From: Chlamydiota bacterium
GTDB taxonomy: Bacteria > Auribacterota > Tritonobacteria > UBA1439
Length of the DNA: 16,137 nt
Reading direction: 5' to 3'
NCBI GenBank assembly: GCA_037133055.1
Contig: JBAXOY010000073.1
Span: 1 to 16,137, forward strand
The translations under genes and the position numbers were made by a program. The notes under the pieces are model-generated. The model saw nothing but the letters and a program-made list of their open reading frames with translations. It was not told the DNA's origin and did not search any database. Position 1 is the stretch's first letter. Each line of letters starts with the position of its first letter. Positions 8,730 to 16,137 of this stretch are shown in pieces.

Positions 8730-9353
8730 TCACCCGAACAGCGTCTTCGAGATCAGGAGCCTGAGCTCCCTGACCATGCGTCCGATCCTCGCCTCGAGCG
8801 TGTTGTCCACCGCGACCCTGCCCGTGCGGGACCGCACGATCACGCCGGCGCCGGGGGCCGCGTCGCCCGAGACGGAGACCGATGCGCCCGCGAGCCCATC
8901 CCGCGCGAGCGCGTCGGCGATTTCGCGGAGCGCGTCCCCGTCGAGCCGCTTTCCGGCGCCGGCGGGGAGCAGGAGCTCGATCTCCCGCTCCCCGAGCTCG
9001 CGCGCCCCCTCGACGGCGAGCCGCTTCAGGAGGTCCGCGTAGCCCGGATCCGCAACGAGCCCGGAGATCCTCCGCCGCACGCGCCCCATGACCTCCTCGA
9101 TCAGCCGCTCGCGGCCCCGGAGTTCGATTTTCCGCGACTCGAGCTGGACCTTCGAGAGGATGCGCTTCGATTCGAGGGCGGCCGCGGCCTCGCTTTGCCG
9201 GAGCGCCCCGGCCGCCTCTCGCGCCGCCTCCTCCTCCGCCTGAGCGATCCGCGCGGAGACCTTCTCGCCGGCGAGGCGGAGCGTTTCCGCGGCCTGCGCC
9301 GCCGCGTCCGCAGCGATTGTGCGGCAGAGATCGGCGACTCCCGGATCTTCCAT
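8730..9353 (-). CDS. ntpE: V/A-type ATP synthase subunit E
   Basis: Coiled-coil N-half, C-terminal AGVIVRSRTGRVAVDNTLEARI, ATG after AGGAG at 9353, and operon position. Confidence 0.9.
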   Translation of the reverse strand: MEDPGVADLCRTIAADAAAQAAETLRLAGEKVSARIAQAEEEAAREAAGALRQSEAAAALESKRILSKVQLESRKIELRGRERLIEEVMGRVRRRISGLVADPGYADLLKRLAVEGARELGEREIELLLPAGAGKRLDGDALREIADALARDGLAGASVSVSGDAAPGAGVIVRSRTGRVAVDNTLEARIGRMVRELRLLISKTLFG

Positions 9354-9396
9354 CTCTCCTGTCCCTATCTGCGTCCCGGCATTACCGCACATGCGT

Positions 9397-9699
9397 TCAC
9401 ATGCTCACGCCCACGGCGGTCTTGATCATTTCCCGGATCGACTTTCGCTCCGCGGAGGGGCCGCCGCGGTCGGGGATGTGGATGATGAGCGGGGAGCCCG
9501 TCGCGTAGTAGCCGCGGAGCTCCGGCTTCACCTCGGCGGCGAGCCGCTCGGTGATGACGATGATGGAGACCCCCTCGGTGGCCGCCGCCACCTTCAGGGC
9601 CTCGCGGGTCTCGGGGGGGGTCCGCGCCGCTCTCCCCTCCACCCCGGCGAGGCGGAATCCGGTCACCGTCTCATCGTCCCCGATGACGAAGTAGCCCAC
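9397..9699 (-). CDS. ntpF: V/A-type ATP synthase subunit F
   Basis: VIGDDETVTGFRLAGVEG...IIVITERLA...PLIIHIPD...IKTAVGV. GTG start. Confidence 0.95.
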   Translation of the reverse strand: MGYFVIGDDETVTGFRLAGVEGRAARTPPETREALKVAAATEGVSIIVITERLAAEVKPELRGYYATGSPLIIHIPDRGGPSAERKSIREMIKTAVGVSM

Positions 9700-9811
9700 A
9701 CGCGCCCCCTTCTCTCCCCGTATGCGGATCTATCCGTGTCCATCCGTGGCGAACAACAACGCGCGCACACGCGGTGACACGGGCAAAGTTAAGCGCGGTC
9801 TGCGGCCGCGG

Positions 9812-10177
9812 TCACACCCGCGTCAGGATGAGAAACGCGATGACCCAACCCCAGATCGCGACTCCCTCGGCGAGGCCGACGAAGATGATCGCCCGGCCCG
9901 CGAGCTCCGGCTTCTCCGCGATCGCCCCCATCGCCGCAGCGCCCACGTACGCGACCGCGATCCCCGCCGCGAGCGACCCCACGGCGACCGCGATGGATGC
10001 GGCGATGAAGGCCCCGCGCACCACGCTGGGATCGACGTTCTTCACCACCGCCGCCTCGCCCTGCGCGTGCACCGTGTAGATGCCGCCCGCGAGAATGAAG
10101 AAAATTGCCGCGGCGACCGGGGCGAGCAGCGCCACGCTCACGAATTTCTTCAGCATTCCACTCCGCATTCTCCTCAT
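9812..10177 (-). CDS. ntpK: V/A-type ATP synthase proteolipid subunit K/c (single hairpin plus N-terminal signal-like segment)
   Basis: AGIAVAYVGAAAMGAIAEKPE...IFVGLAEGVAIWG with the ion-binding Glu. ATG at 10177 follows AAGGAGG. Confidence 0.93.
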   Translation of the reverse strand: MRRMRSGMLKKFVSVALLAPVAAAIFFILAGGIYTVHAQGEAAVVKNVDPSVVRGAFIAASIAVAVGSLAAGIAVAYVGAAAMGAIAEKPELAGRAIIFVGLAEGVAIWGWVIAFLILTRV

Positions 10178-10218
10178 TGCCGCCTCCTTTGTATCGGTGA
10201 AGGGCAGCCGCCGCGCCC

Positions 10219-12192
10219 TCACGTCTCCGCGATCGTTATGGGCTCGTAACGAGAGCCCTCCGCATTGAAGAATTTGCCGAAAAACTCGTAATACTCGAGC
10301 CGGATCGCCTGGATGGTGACGATCAGTCCCTCCAGGAAGAAGACGAGGATATTCCCCAGCAGGATGATCAATGCCGAGGAGATGGTCCCTCCGGGCGTGC
10401 GGGCGATGACGTCCGACAGGCTAAAGATTGCCATAAAGAGCATCCCGTGCGCCAGCGCAAAAGCGGCGACGCGGATGAACGAGAGCGTGTTCGAAAGAAA
10501 GCCGATGAATATCTCGATCAGTTCGATGACCGTTTCGAGAACATAGCTGAGCGGCCCCTCGGGAAAGAGCCGCGCAGTCCTCCCGGTCAGGCGGGCGAAC
10601 GGGGCCTTCAGGAAGAGGAGGACGATCGGCAGCCCGACGACGAGGAACACGAGTCCCCTTGTGACGCCCTTCCCCTCGAGCATGAGGGCGTTGATGGCGA
10701 GCCCCGCGCCCCCCCAGTAGATGACGCCGGCGAGAAGGCCCGCCTTGTCGAAGATGCCCCGGACCCAGTCGCGGGTCCTGAGGGCATTGACGATGTTCAA
10801 CACGAGGCCGAGGGTCACCACCGCGATGCCGAAGAAGATCGCCGCCTTCAGGAAGAGGAACACGTTGCCCATCGGCCGCACCCAGAGGGGTTTGAACCAG
10901 CTCTCCACGCCGAAGAAGCTGCCGTAGAGGAACCCGAACACGGTCGAGGAGAGCCCGCACGAAAAGATGAGCGCGCCGGCCTTTTTCACCTGCGCCGCGC
11001 GGCGCCCCCTGACCAGCAGGGCGCCGAGCAGGGTCAGGACGAGCCCCTGGCCGATGTCCCCGAACATCACGCCGAACATGAGCAGGAAGGTCACCGCCAC
11101 GAAGATCGTCGGGTCGATCGTCTCGTATGCCGGGATGCCGTAGGTCGAGGTGAGGAGCTCGAACGGACGAACGAAGAACGGGTTCCTGAAGAGGACGGGC
11201 ACTTTCACCCGCCCCTCCTTCACCCCCGGGACGTCGCGGGGCGTGCGGACCTCGATGGCGCAGTGGCCGCCGGTGGCGGCGGTGACCGCCGCGCGGAGCC
11301 CGGGGACCTTCTTGTCGGGCACCCAGCCGGCGATCAGGCAGGCGTTCCCGGTTTTTCTGAAATGCCCGCGTGCGCGCGCGAGGAGTTTCGTGCAGGCGAT
11401 ACGCTCGCTCAACTCGGTGAGGGGGGCGCGGTAGCGCCGGCGCGCCGCGGCGATCTCCTGGTCGAGGGCGTCCATGCGGCCGCGCAGCGCGTCCGTCTTT
11501 TCGCGCAGCGCCGCCTGGATGTCGCCCGCGCCTCCGGCCGCCTCCGGGGGGGGCGCCATGCGCTCGAATGCCGCCTCCCGAAGGGCGGCGTCGAACACCG
11601 CCTTGTCTTTCTTCAGACCGATCGTTGCGACCATGACGCTGTCGCCCTCTGAGCCGAGCGGCATCAGGACGTGCGGTATCCCGTCGAGGGCGCGCTCGAG
11701 GAGGGGGATATTCCGGCGGCCCACTCTCCCGGTCTCGATATCGAGGAATGAATAGCGCGCCCCGGTCTCTATGCCCCCGAGCGGGGCGAAGAATTTCGCC
11801 CCGCTCGCGATCACGAGGAGTTTATCGAGTTCCTGTGCCTTCGACTCCCGCTCGAGGACCATGCCGCCGACCTCGGCGTCGATCGCGGCGAGTTTTCCCT
11901 CCCACGCGTCCACGTCGACGGCGGACAGGTACTGTGCGGCGGAGGAGATCGTGCAGGGAAGGTCCTTGATCCCGATCCCCCGCGCGATCTCGCGGAGCTT
12001 CTTCTCGAGCGCGCCCGCCCGGTCGAGGGTCTCGCCGGTCCCCTCGGCGGCGAGGTCCTGCGCCCAGTCCTCGACCTCTCCGCAGTCCGCGAGGTGCATG
12101 ACGCCCGCCTCGGCGATCTTCCCTGTGACCGCGTCGAGGTCCCCCTTCAGGACGAGGAGGTTTACCTGCGACATCTTCTCTGGCCTGAACAC
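10219..12192 (-). CDS. ntpI: V/A-type ATP synthase subunit I/a
   Basis: IAGWVP, YGIPAYETIDPT, MFGDIGQG, SNTLSFIRVAAFALAH (essential Arg) and RLEYYEFFGKFF. GTG start after GGAGG. Confidence 0.95.
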   Translation of the reverse strand: MFRPEKMSQVNLLVLKGDLDAVTGKIAEAGVMHLADCGEVEDWAQDLAAEGTGETLDRAGALEKKLREIARGIGIKDLPCTISSAAQYLSAVDVDAWEGKLAAIDAEVGGMVLERESKAQELDKLLVIASGAKFFAPLGGIETGARYSFLDIETGRVGRRNIPLLERALDGIPHVLMPLGSEGDSVMVATIGLKKDKAVFDAALREAAFERMAPPPEAAGGAGDIQAALREKTDALRGRMDALDQEIAAARRRYRAPLTELSERIACTKLLARARGHFRKTGNACLIAGWVPDKKVPGLRAAVTAATGGHCAIEVRTPRDVPGVKEGRVKVPVLFRNPFFVRPFELLTSTYGIPAYETIDPTIFVAVTFLLMFGVMFGDIGQGLVLTLLGALLVRGRRAAQVKKAGALIFSCGLSSTVFGFLYGSFFGVESWFKPLWVRPMGNVFLFLKAAIFFGIAVVTLGLVLNIVNALRTRDWVRGIFDKAGLLAGVIYWGGAGLAINALMLEGKGVTRGLVFLVVGLPIVLLFLKAPFARLTGRTARLFPEGPLSYVLETVIELIEIFIGFLSNTLSFIRVAAFALAHGMLFMAIFSLSDVIARTPGGTISSALIILLGNILVFFLEGLIVTIQAIRLEYYEFFGKFFNAEGSRYEPITIAET

Positions 12193-12210
12193 GGCGCCTC
12201 CCGCCTGCGG

Positions 12211-12250
12211 CGAGCTATCGAGCTATCGAGCTATCGAGCGATCGAGTTGA
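12211..12250. repeat. Tandem 8-mer CGAGCTAT (3 exact plus 2 degenerate copies)
   Basis: cgagctat cgagctat cgagctat cgagcgat cgagttga fills most of the gap between subunits C and I. Confidence 0.85.
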
Positions 12251-12252
12251 GA

Positions 12253-13302
12253 TCATGCCCCCGACGCCGCCCGGAGAATCCTCTCCGCGGTGAGCCCGAG
12301 GCTCTTCCCCACCAGTATCCGGCGCACCCGCCGCGACTCGGCCCGCGACAGCGAGAGGTAGGCGATCACCGTCCCGATGGTGAACGGGTATCCGGCCAGG
12401 GCCCTTCGGGCCTCCGACGCGAGCGCCTCCTCGAGGAGCGCCCCGAGGAACCGCATCTGCTCCAGCGCCTCCCCGGCGCCCTTCAGGGATCCTGAGGAGG
12501 GGAGGGGGGCGAAGCGCAGCGCGTCGATGAAGGCCCGGGTGTCCTTCGCCGAGTACGCGCGCAGCAGGAGGTCATCGCTCAGGTGGTAGCCCCCGGGGAG
12601 CAGCACGCGGCGCGCCTCGGCCGTGGGGAAGTCGGTGTAGCGCGTCAGCCTGAGGAGGATTTCGACATTGCGGATGTCCACTTCGGTGCCGATGATCCGC
12701 GATGCCGCGGCGCGGTCCGCGCGGTCGAGCCCCTTCACGGTCTCCCAGAGCCGCCGGTAGTAGTCCGTCTCGAGCGCGGCCTCGAGGGAGAAGAGCTGTC
12801 CCGATCGCCGGTACCCCTCGTAGGCCGATACGAGCGGCTTCCGGTAGGGGGTGTCCTCGAGGAGCAGGATGATCTCCTCGATGCTCGATGCCTTCAGCAT
12901 CGCCTCCACCGGGATGTCGCAGCAGATCTTTTCGGCGATGATGCCGTCCCGATCGTCCCATGCCTTCTCGTGCCAGATGCGTATGATCCGCTCGACCTTC
13001 ACCACGTCGTAGAGTTCCATCAGGGCGAAGACAAAGTCCGCGATGCCGCCCTTCGCGTGCCTCAGGATGGCGCGGTGCCGGTCGATCTCGATCTCTATGA
13101 GGATCTTCTCCGCCTTTTGGAGCGGCGCGCCCTCGTCGATCGCGGCGGCGACCGGGCGGTACTCCGTGTCCCTGAGCAACCCGGCCGCCTCCGGGAGGTC
13201 CGCGCTGCGGGCGAGGGAGGCGAGGACCCCCTCGCTGAGCCGGGCGCTCAACTTGGCCCTGAGGAGGGCGTTCAGGAAGGCGTACTTCGAAAGTGATCTC
13301 AT
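12253..13302 (-). CDS. ntpC: V/A-type ATP synthase subunit C/d
   Basis: KYAFLNALLRAKLS, EAALETDYYRRLW, GTEVDIRNVEILLR and PFTIGTVIAYL...ESRRVRRIL.GK. 349 aa. Confidence 0.9.
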   Translation of the reverse strand: MRSLSKYAFLNALLRAKLSARLSEGVLASLARSADLPEAAGLLRDTEYRPVAAAIDEGAPLQKAEKILIEIEIDRHRAILRHAKGGIADFVFALMELYDVVKVERIIRIWHEKAWDDRDGIIAEKICCDIPVEAMLKASSIEEIILLLEDTPYRKPLVSAYEGYRRSGQLFSLEAALETDYYRRLWETVKGLDRADRAAASRIIGTEVDIRNVEILLRLTRYTDFPTAEARRVLLPGGYHLSDDLLLRAYSAKDTRAFIDALRFAPLPSSGSLKGAGEALEQMRFLGALLEEALASEARRALAGYPFTIGTVIAYLSLSRAESRRVRRILVGKSLGLTAERILRAASGA

Positions 13303-13613
13303 CCGAGCAGGAACTCCATGACCTTGCCCGCGGCCTCGTCGAGCATCGGCTCTTTCTCTACGGCCTCCCGCCGGACGCGCTCCTCCGTCTCTTTCAGGAT
13401 GCGGTCGCGCTCGCCCTCGCTTTTCGCGCGCGCCTCCGCCCGCAGGCGTTTCGCCTTCTCCTGCTCCTCGCGCGTCGAGCGCTCGGCGATCTCCCGTGCC
13501 CTCGTCTCCGCCTCAGCGAGCATCGCCTCGGACTTGAGGCGGGTCTGGGCGAGCTGCTTTTTCCCTTCCGATTCGGCGCGCAGCACCTGTTCGACGGCGT
13601 CTTTCATCGGCAT
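13299..13613 (-). CDS. V/A-type ATP synthase peripheral-stalk subunit H/G
   Basis: 104-aa charged coiled coil (MKDAVEQVLRAESEG...AAGKVMEFLLG). First gene of the operon, AAGGA RBS, and ATGA overlap with subunit C. Confidence 0.8.
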   Translation of the reverse strand: MPMKDAVEQVLRAESEGKKQLAQTRLKSEAMLAEAETRAREIAERSTREEQEKAKRLRAEARAKSEGERDRILKETEERVRREAVEKEPMLDEAAGKVMEFLLG

Positions 13614-13650
13614 ATGAGGTGTCCTTTCCCGAAACGGCGCACGGTCTTTC

Positions 13651-13799
13651 TCCGTGTCCAAAACACGGATTTTGTTTCCCTGTTTTGTCTGCGTTCATCT
13701 GCGTCCCGGCGTTGAAGCATTTTCAGGATGTTTTCCAATCCGCGCCGATCCGCGTCCAAAAAACTGCTGTCTCCGTGTCCTCCGTGCCTCCGTGGTGAA
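13651..13799. repeat. Composite repeat element between rnr and the ATPase operon
   Basis: Hairpin TCCGTGT-CCAAA-ACACGGA, TCTGCGTTCATCTGCGTCC, ATCCGCG x2 and CTCCGTGTC CTCCGTGC CTCCGTGGTGAA. Shares long segments with 8637-8728. Confidence 0.85.
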
Positions 13800-13828
13800 C
13801 AATAATCCCTGTCGCGTCACTCCCGTCT

Positions 13829-16012
13829 CTATTTCCGGCGCCGCCGACCGGATTTGTGCGGCGGGCGGGTCAGATCAGGCCCCGCGAGCGTGAAATCCAC
13901 CTGGCGCGTGGGCAGGTTCACGCGTGAAATCTGGACGGTGACGATATCGCCGACCTGGAACCTCCGCCGCGTGCGTTCGCCCGTCATGCACGACCGGTTT
14001 TTGGCCATGCGGTAGAAATCGTCGGTGAGGGTGGAGACGTGCACGAGCCCGTCCAGGAGGTAGTCGTTGAGGTAGACCGAAAAGCCGAAGTCCCGGATGC
14101 CGGTGATCACGCCCTTCATCGCGTCGATCGTCCCGTCCTCGAGGTGCTGGCTGAGGTACTGGAGCTTCCGCAGTTTGACGCACTCCCGCTCCGCGTCCTC
14201 CGCGGCCTGCTCCGCCTCGGAGCAGTGCACGGCGAACCCCTCGAGGTCCGGCGGCGCGGCGACCACCTTCCCCCGGCAGAGTTCTTTTAGAAACCGGTGC
14301 GTGACGAGATCGGGGTAGCGCCGGATGGGCGAGGTGAAATAGAGGTAGTGGGGGCACCCGAGGCCGTAGTGGCCGACGTTGCGGGTCGAGTAGACGGCGA
14401 GCTTCAGGGACCGCAGGAAGCCGAGATGCAGGGCGTACGCCTCCGGCTTCCCCTTCACGCGGTCCAGGAAGGCCTGGATGGCCCTCTTGTCGTGGATGTC
14501 GCGTATCGTGTGGCCGAACGGCTTGATGAGCTCGAGGTACTCCCAGAGGTTCTTGTCGTCGGGCTCCTCGTGCACGCGCCAGAGCGCGGGCGCGCGCCGG
14601 GCCGTGAAAAGGGCGCCGACCGCCTCGTTTGCCGCGAGCATGAATTCCTCGATCAGGATGTGGGAGATGTCGTACTCCTCGCGCCGCACCGCGGCGATGC
14701 GTCCCTCGGCGTCGAACTCGATCACCGCCTCCGGCATGTCGAGGTTGATGGCGCCGCGCAGGAAGCGGTTCTTCCTCATGGCCGTCGCCAGCCGCTCCAT
14801 CTCCTTGAGGACGGGGAGGATGAGGCGCTCGGCCTCGCCATCGGGAAGCGCCTCGCCGCCGAGGAGCGCGCTCACCCGCGCGTAGGTGAAGCGCTTCCGC
14901 GAACGGATGACGGTCGAGGCGAACCGGGATTCCAGCACGCGGCCGTCGGGCGAGAGGGTGACGAAGGCGCTCTGGGTGAGGCGGTCCTCGTTTTCCCGGA
15001 GGCTGCAGACGTCGTTCGAGAGCGCCTCGGGAAGCATCGGCAACACGCGCCCGGGGAAGTAGACGCTTGTGGCGCGGGCGCGGGCCTCGTCGTCGATCGG
15101 GCTCCCCGGGACGACATAGTGCGAGACGTCGGCGATGTGCACGCCGAGGACCCAGTCGCTCCCCTTGCGGACGAGCGAGACCGCGTCGTCGAAATCCTTC
15201 GCGGTGACCGGGTCGACGGTGAAGGTGATCTCCCCGCGCAGGTCCTCGCGCCCCCTGAGGTCCGCCTCTCCGGCCTTCTGCGCCACGCGCCGCGCCTCTT
15301 TGAGCGCCGCCGGGGGGTACTGGATGCGCAGCTTGTGGTCGTGGATGATGGCGAGGAGATCGGTCTCCGGCTCGCCCGCGTCGCCGAGCACCTCCGTCAC
15401 GACCCCCTCGGGGTTCGCCTGCCGTGTGCCCCAGCCGGTGACCCGAACGACGACCTTTTGCCCAGGCCGCGCGGCGCCGGCGTCCCCGGGGGCGATATAG
15501 ACGTCGCGCTGTATGCGCGGGTTGTCGGGGGCGACGCGGAGGAGCGCCCCCGTCTTCTCCAGCGTCCCCACGATCGTCGTGTTCGCCCGCTCCAGGACCT
15601 CGACGATCCGGCCCTCGCGCCGCCCTGAATCGCCGCGCGCGCGGCCGCGCACCCCCTCGAGGAGTTTCGCCGCCACGGTGTCGCCGTGCATCGCGCCGGC
15701 CATGTTCTCGCCGTGGATGTACACGTCGGCGTCCTTGCCCGACGCGGGGACGACGAAGCCGAAGCCCCTCTGGTGCACCTGGAGCCTCCCGGTGACCAAA
15801 TCTACGTCGGCGGGGACCGCGTACCGGTTGCCCTTGACGCGGACCAGGCGCCCCGTGCGCTCGAGGTCCTTGAGCATGCGGCGCACCTCCCGGGCGTCGT
15901 CCCCGGCGACGTCGAGCGCGCCGTACAATTGCGCGCGGTGCATCGGGCGGTAGCGCGGCGAGGCGATGAACGCGAGGATCTCTTCGGGGGAGGGGAGGCG
16001 ATTCCGGCTCAT
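13829..16012 (-). CDS. rnr: Ribonuclease R
   Basis: N-terminal HTH, cold-shock domains (HQRGFGFV, AMHGDTV), RNB motif DPVTAKDFDDA, HIADVSHYV, EEFMLAANE, FTSPIRRYPDL, an S1 domain and a short basic tail. Confidence 0.96.
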   Translation of the reverse strand: MSRNRLPSPEEILAFIASPRYRPMHRAQLYGALDVAGDDAREVRRMLKDLERTGRLVRVKGNRYAVPADVDLVTGRLQVHQRGFGFVVPASGKDADVYIHGENMAGAMHGDTVAAKLLEGVRGRARGDSGRREGRIVEVLERANTTIVGTLEKTGALLRVAPDNPRIQRDVYIAPGDAGAARPGQKVVVRVTGWGTRQANPEGVVTEVLGDAGEPETDLLAIIHDHKLRIQYPPAALKEARRVAQKAGEADLRGREDLRGEITFTVDPVTAKDFDDAVSLVRKGSDWVLGVHIADVSHYVVPGSPIDDEARARATSVYFPGRVLPMLPEALSNDVCSLRENEDRLTQSAFVTLSPDGRVLESRFASTVIRSRKRFTYARVSALLGGEALPDGEAERLILPVLKEMERLATAMRKNRFLRGAINLDMPEAVIEFDAEGRIAAVRREEYDISHILIEEFMLAANEAVGALFTARRAPALWRVHEEPDDKNLWEYLELIKPFGHTIRDIHDKRAIQAFLDRVKGKPEAYALHLGFLRSLKLAVYSTRNVGHYGLGCPHYLYFTSPIRRYPDLVTHRFLKELCRGKVVAAPPDLEGFAVHCSEAEQAAEDAERECVKLRKLQYLSQHLEDGTIDAMKGVITGIRDFGFSVYLNDYLLDGLVHVSTLTDDFYRMAKNRSCMTGERTRRRFQVGDIVTVQISRVNLPTRQVDFTLAGPDLTRPPHKSGRRRRK

Positions 16013-16018
16013 GCGTCT

Positions 16019-16046
16019 ATAGTATACCAACGACCGGCTTTTGCAA
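16019..16046 (-). promoter_or_regulatory. Probable promoter of rnr, implying a leaderless or near-leaderless transcript
   Basis: Minus strand TTGCAA-16 nt-TACTAT (also an extended -10, TGGTATACT) ends 6-8 nt before the ATG. No Shine-Dalgarno sequence. Confidence 0.55.
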
Positions 16047-16122
16047 AGGAAAGAAGGGGAGGGGTAGTAGGGGGACAGTTTCGGGGGTACAACTCCTCTA
16101 CTGATCCGGCTTTAACGGTAGC

Positions 16123-16137
16123 ACGCAGATGAACGCA
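16123..16137. repeat. Start of another ACGCAGATGA-family arm, cut by the window edge
   Basis: ACGCAGATGAACGCA matches the left-arm unit at 3199, 3273-3299 and 8550. Confidence 0.75.

Noticed and set aside
13513..13893. Short ORFs 13513..13698 (MNADK...) and 13654..13893
   Set aside because: They are translations of the repeat element and/or overlap subunit H or rnr, with no RBS or family support.
1188..15953. Long plus-strand and off-frame ORFs (e.g. 1188..2765, 1642..3129, 5166..6914, 6667..8559, 6701..8131, 10447..11652, 14297..15628)
   Set aside because: These are shadow frames of well-supported minus-strand genes in GC-rich DNA, Arg/Pro/Gly-rich and without recognisable motifs.
1..16137. 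tRNA, rRNA, IS transposase or integrase
   Set aside because: No such motifs were seen, and the space is accounted for by the genes and repeats listed.

Overview
GC-rich bacterial window in which almost every real gene lies on the minus strand. In transcription order these are RNase R, a nine-gene V/A-type ATP synthase operon (H/G-C-I-K-F-E-A-B-D), a universal stress protein, a PTS EIIA-domain protein, a GT-C/ArnT-like membrane glycosyltransferase, two small hypothetical genes and a PHP-domain gene. The PHP gene is cut off at a GGATCC site (313-318) and joined tail-to-tail to an unrelated plus-strand RecB-like fragment, which looks like a chimeric junction. The most unusual signal is non-coding. 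Nearly every sizeable intergenic gap from 3200 onward carries short (7-10 nt) tandem-repeat modules such as ACGCAGATGA/TCATCTGCGT, AGTCAGA/TCCTGAC, CTCCGTGC and CGAGCTAT. Several form inverted arms, one is a triply nested hairpin, and two gaps share a reshuffled ~70-90 bp unit. They resemble cargo-less versions of the repeat arms I recall flanking GxxExxY and four-helix-bundle genes; that link is from memory and not verified here.
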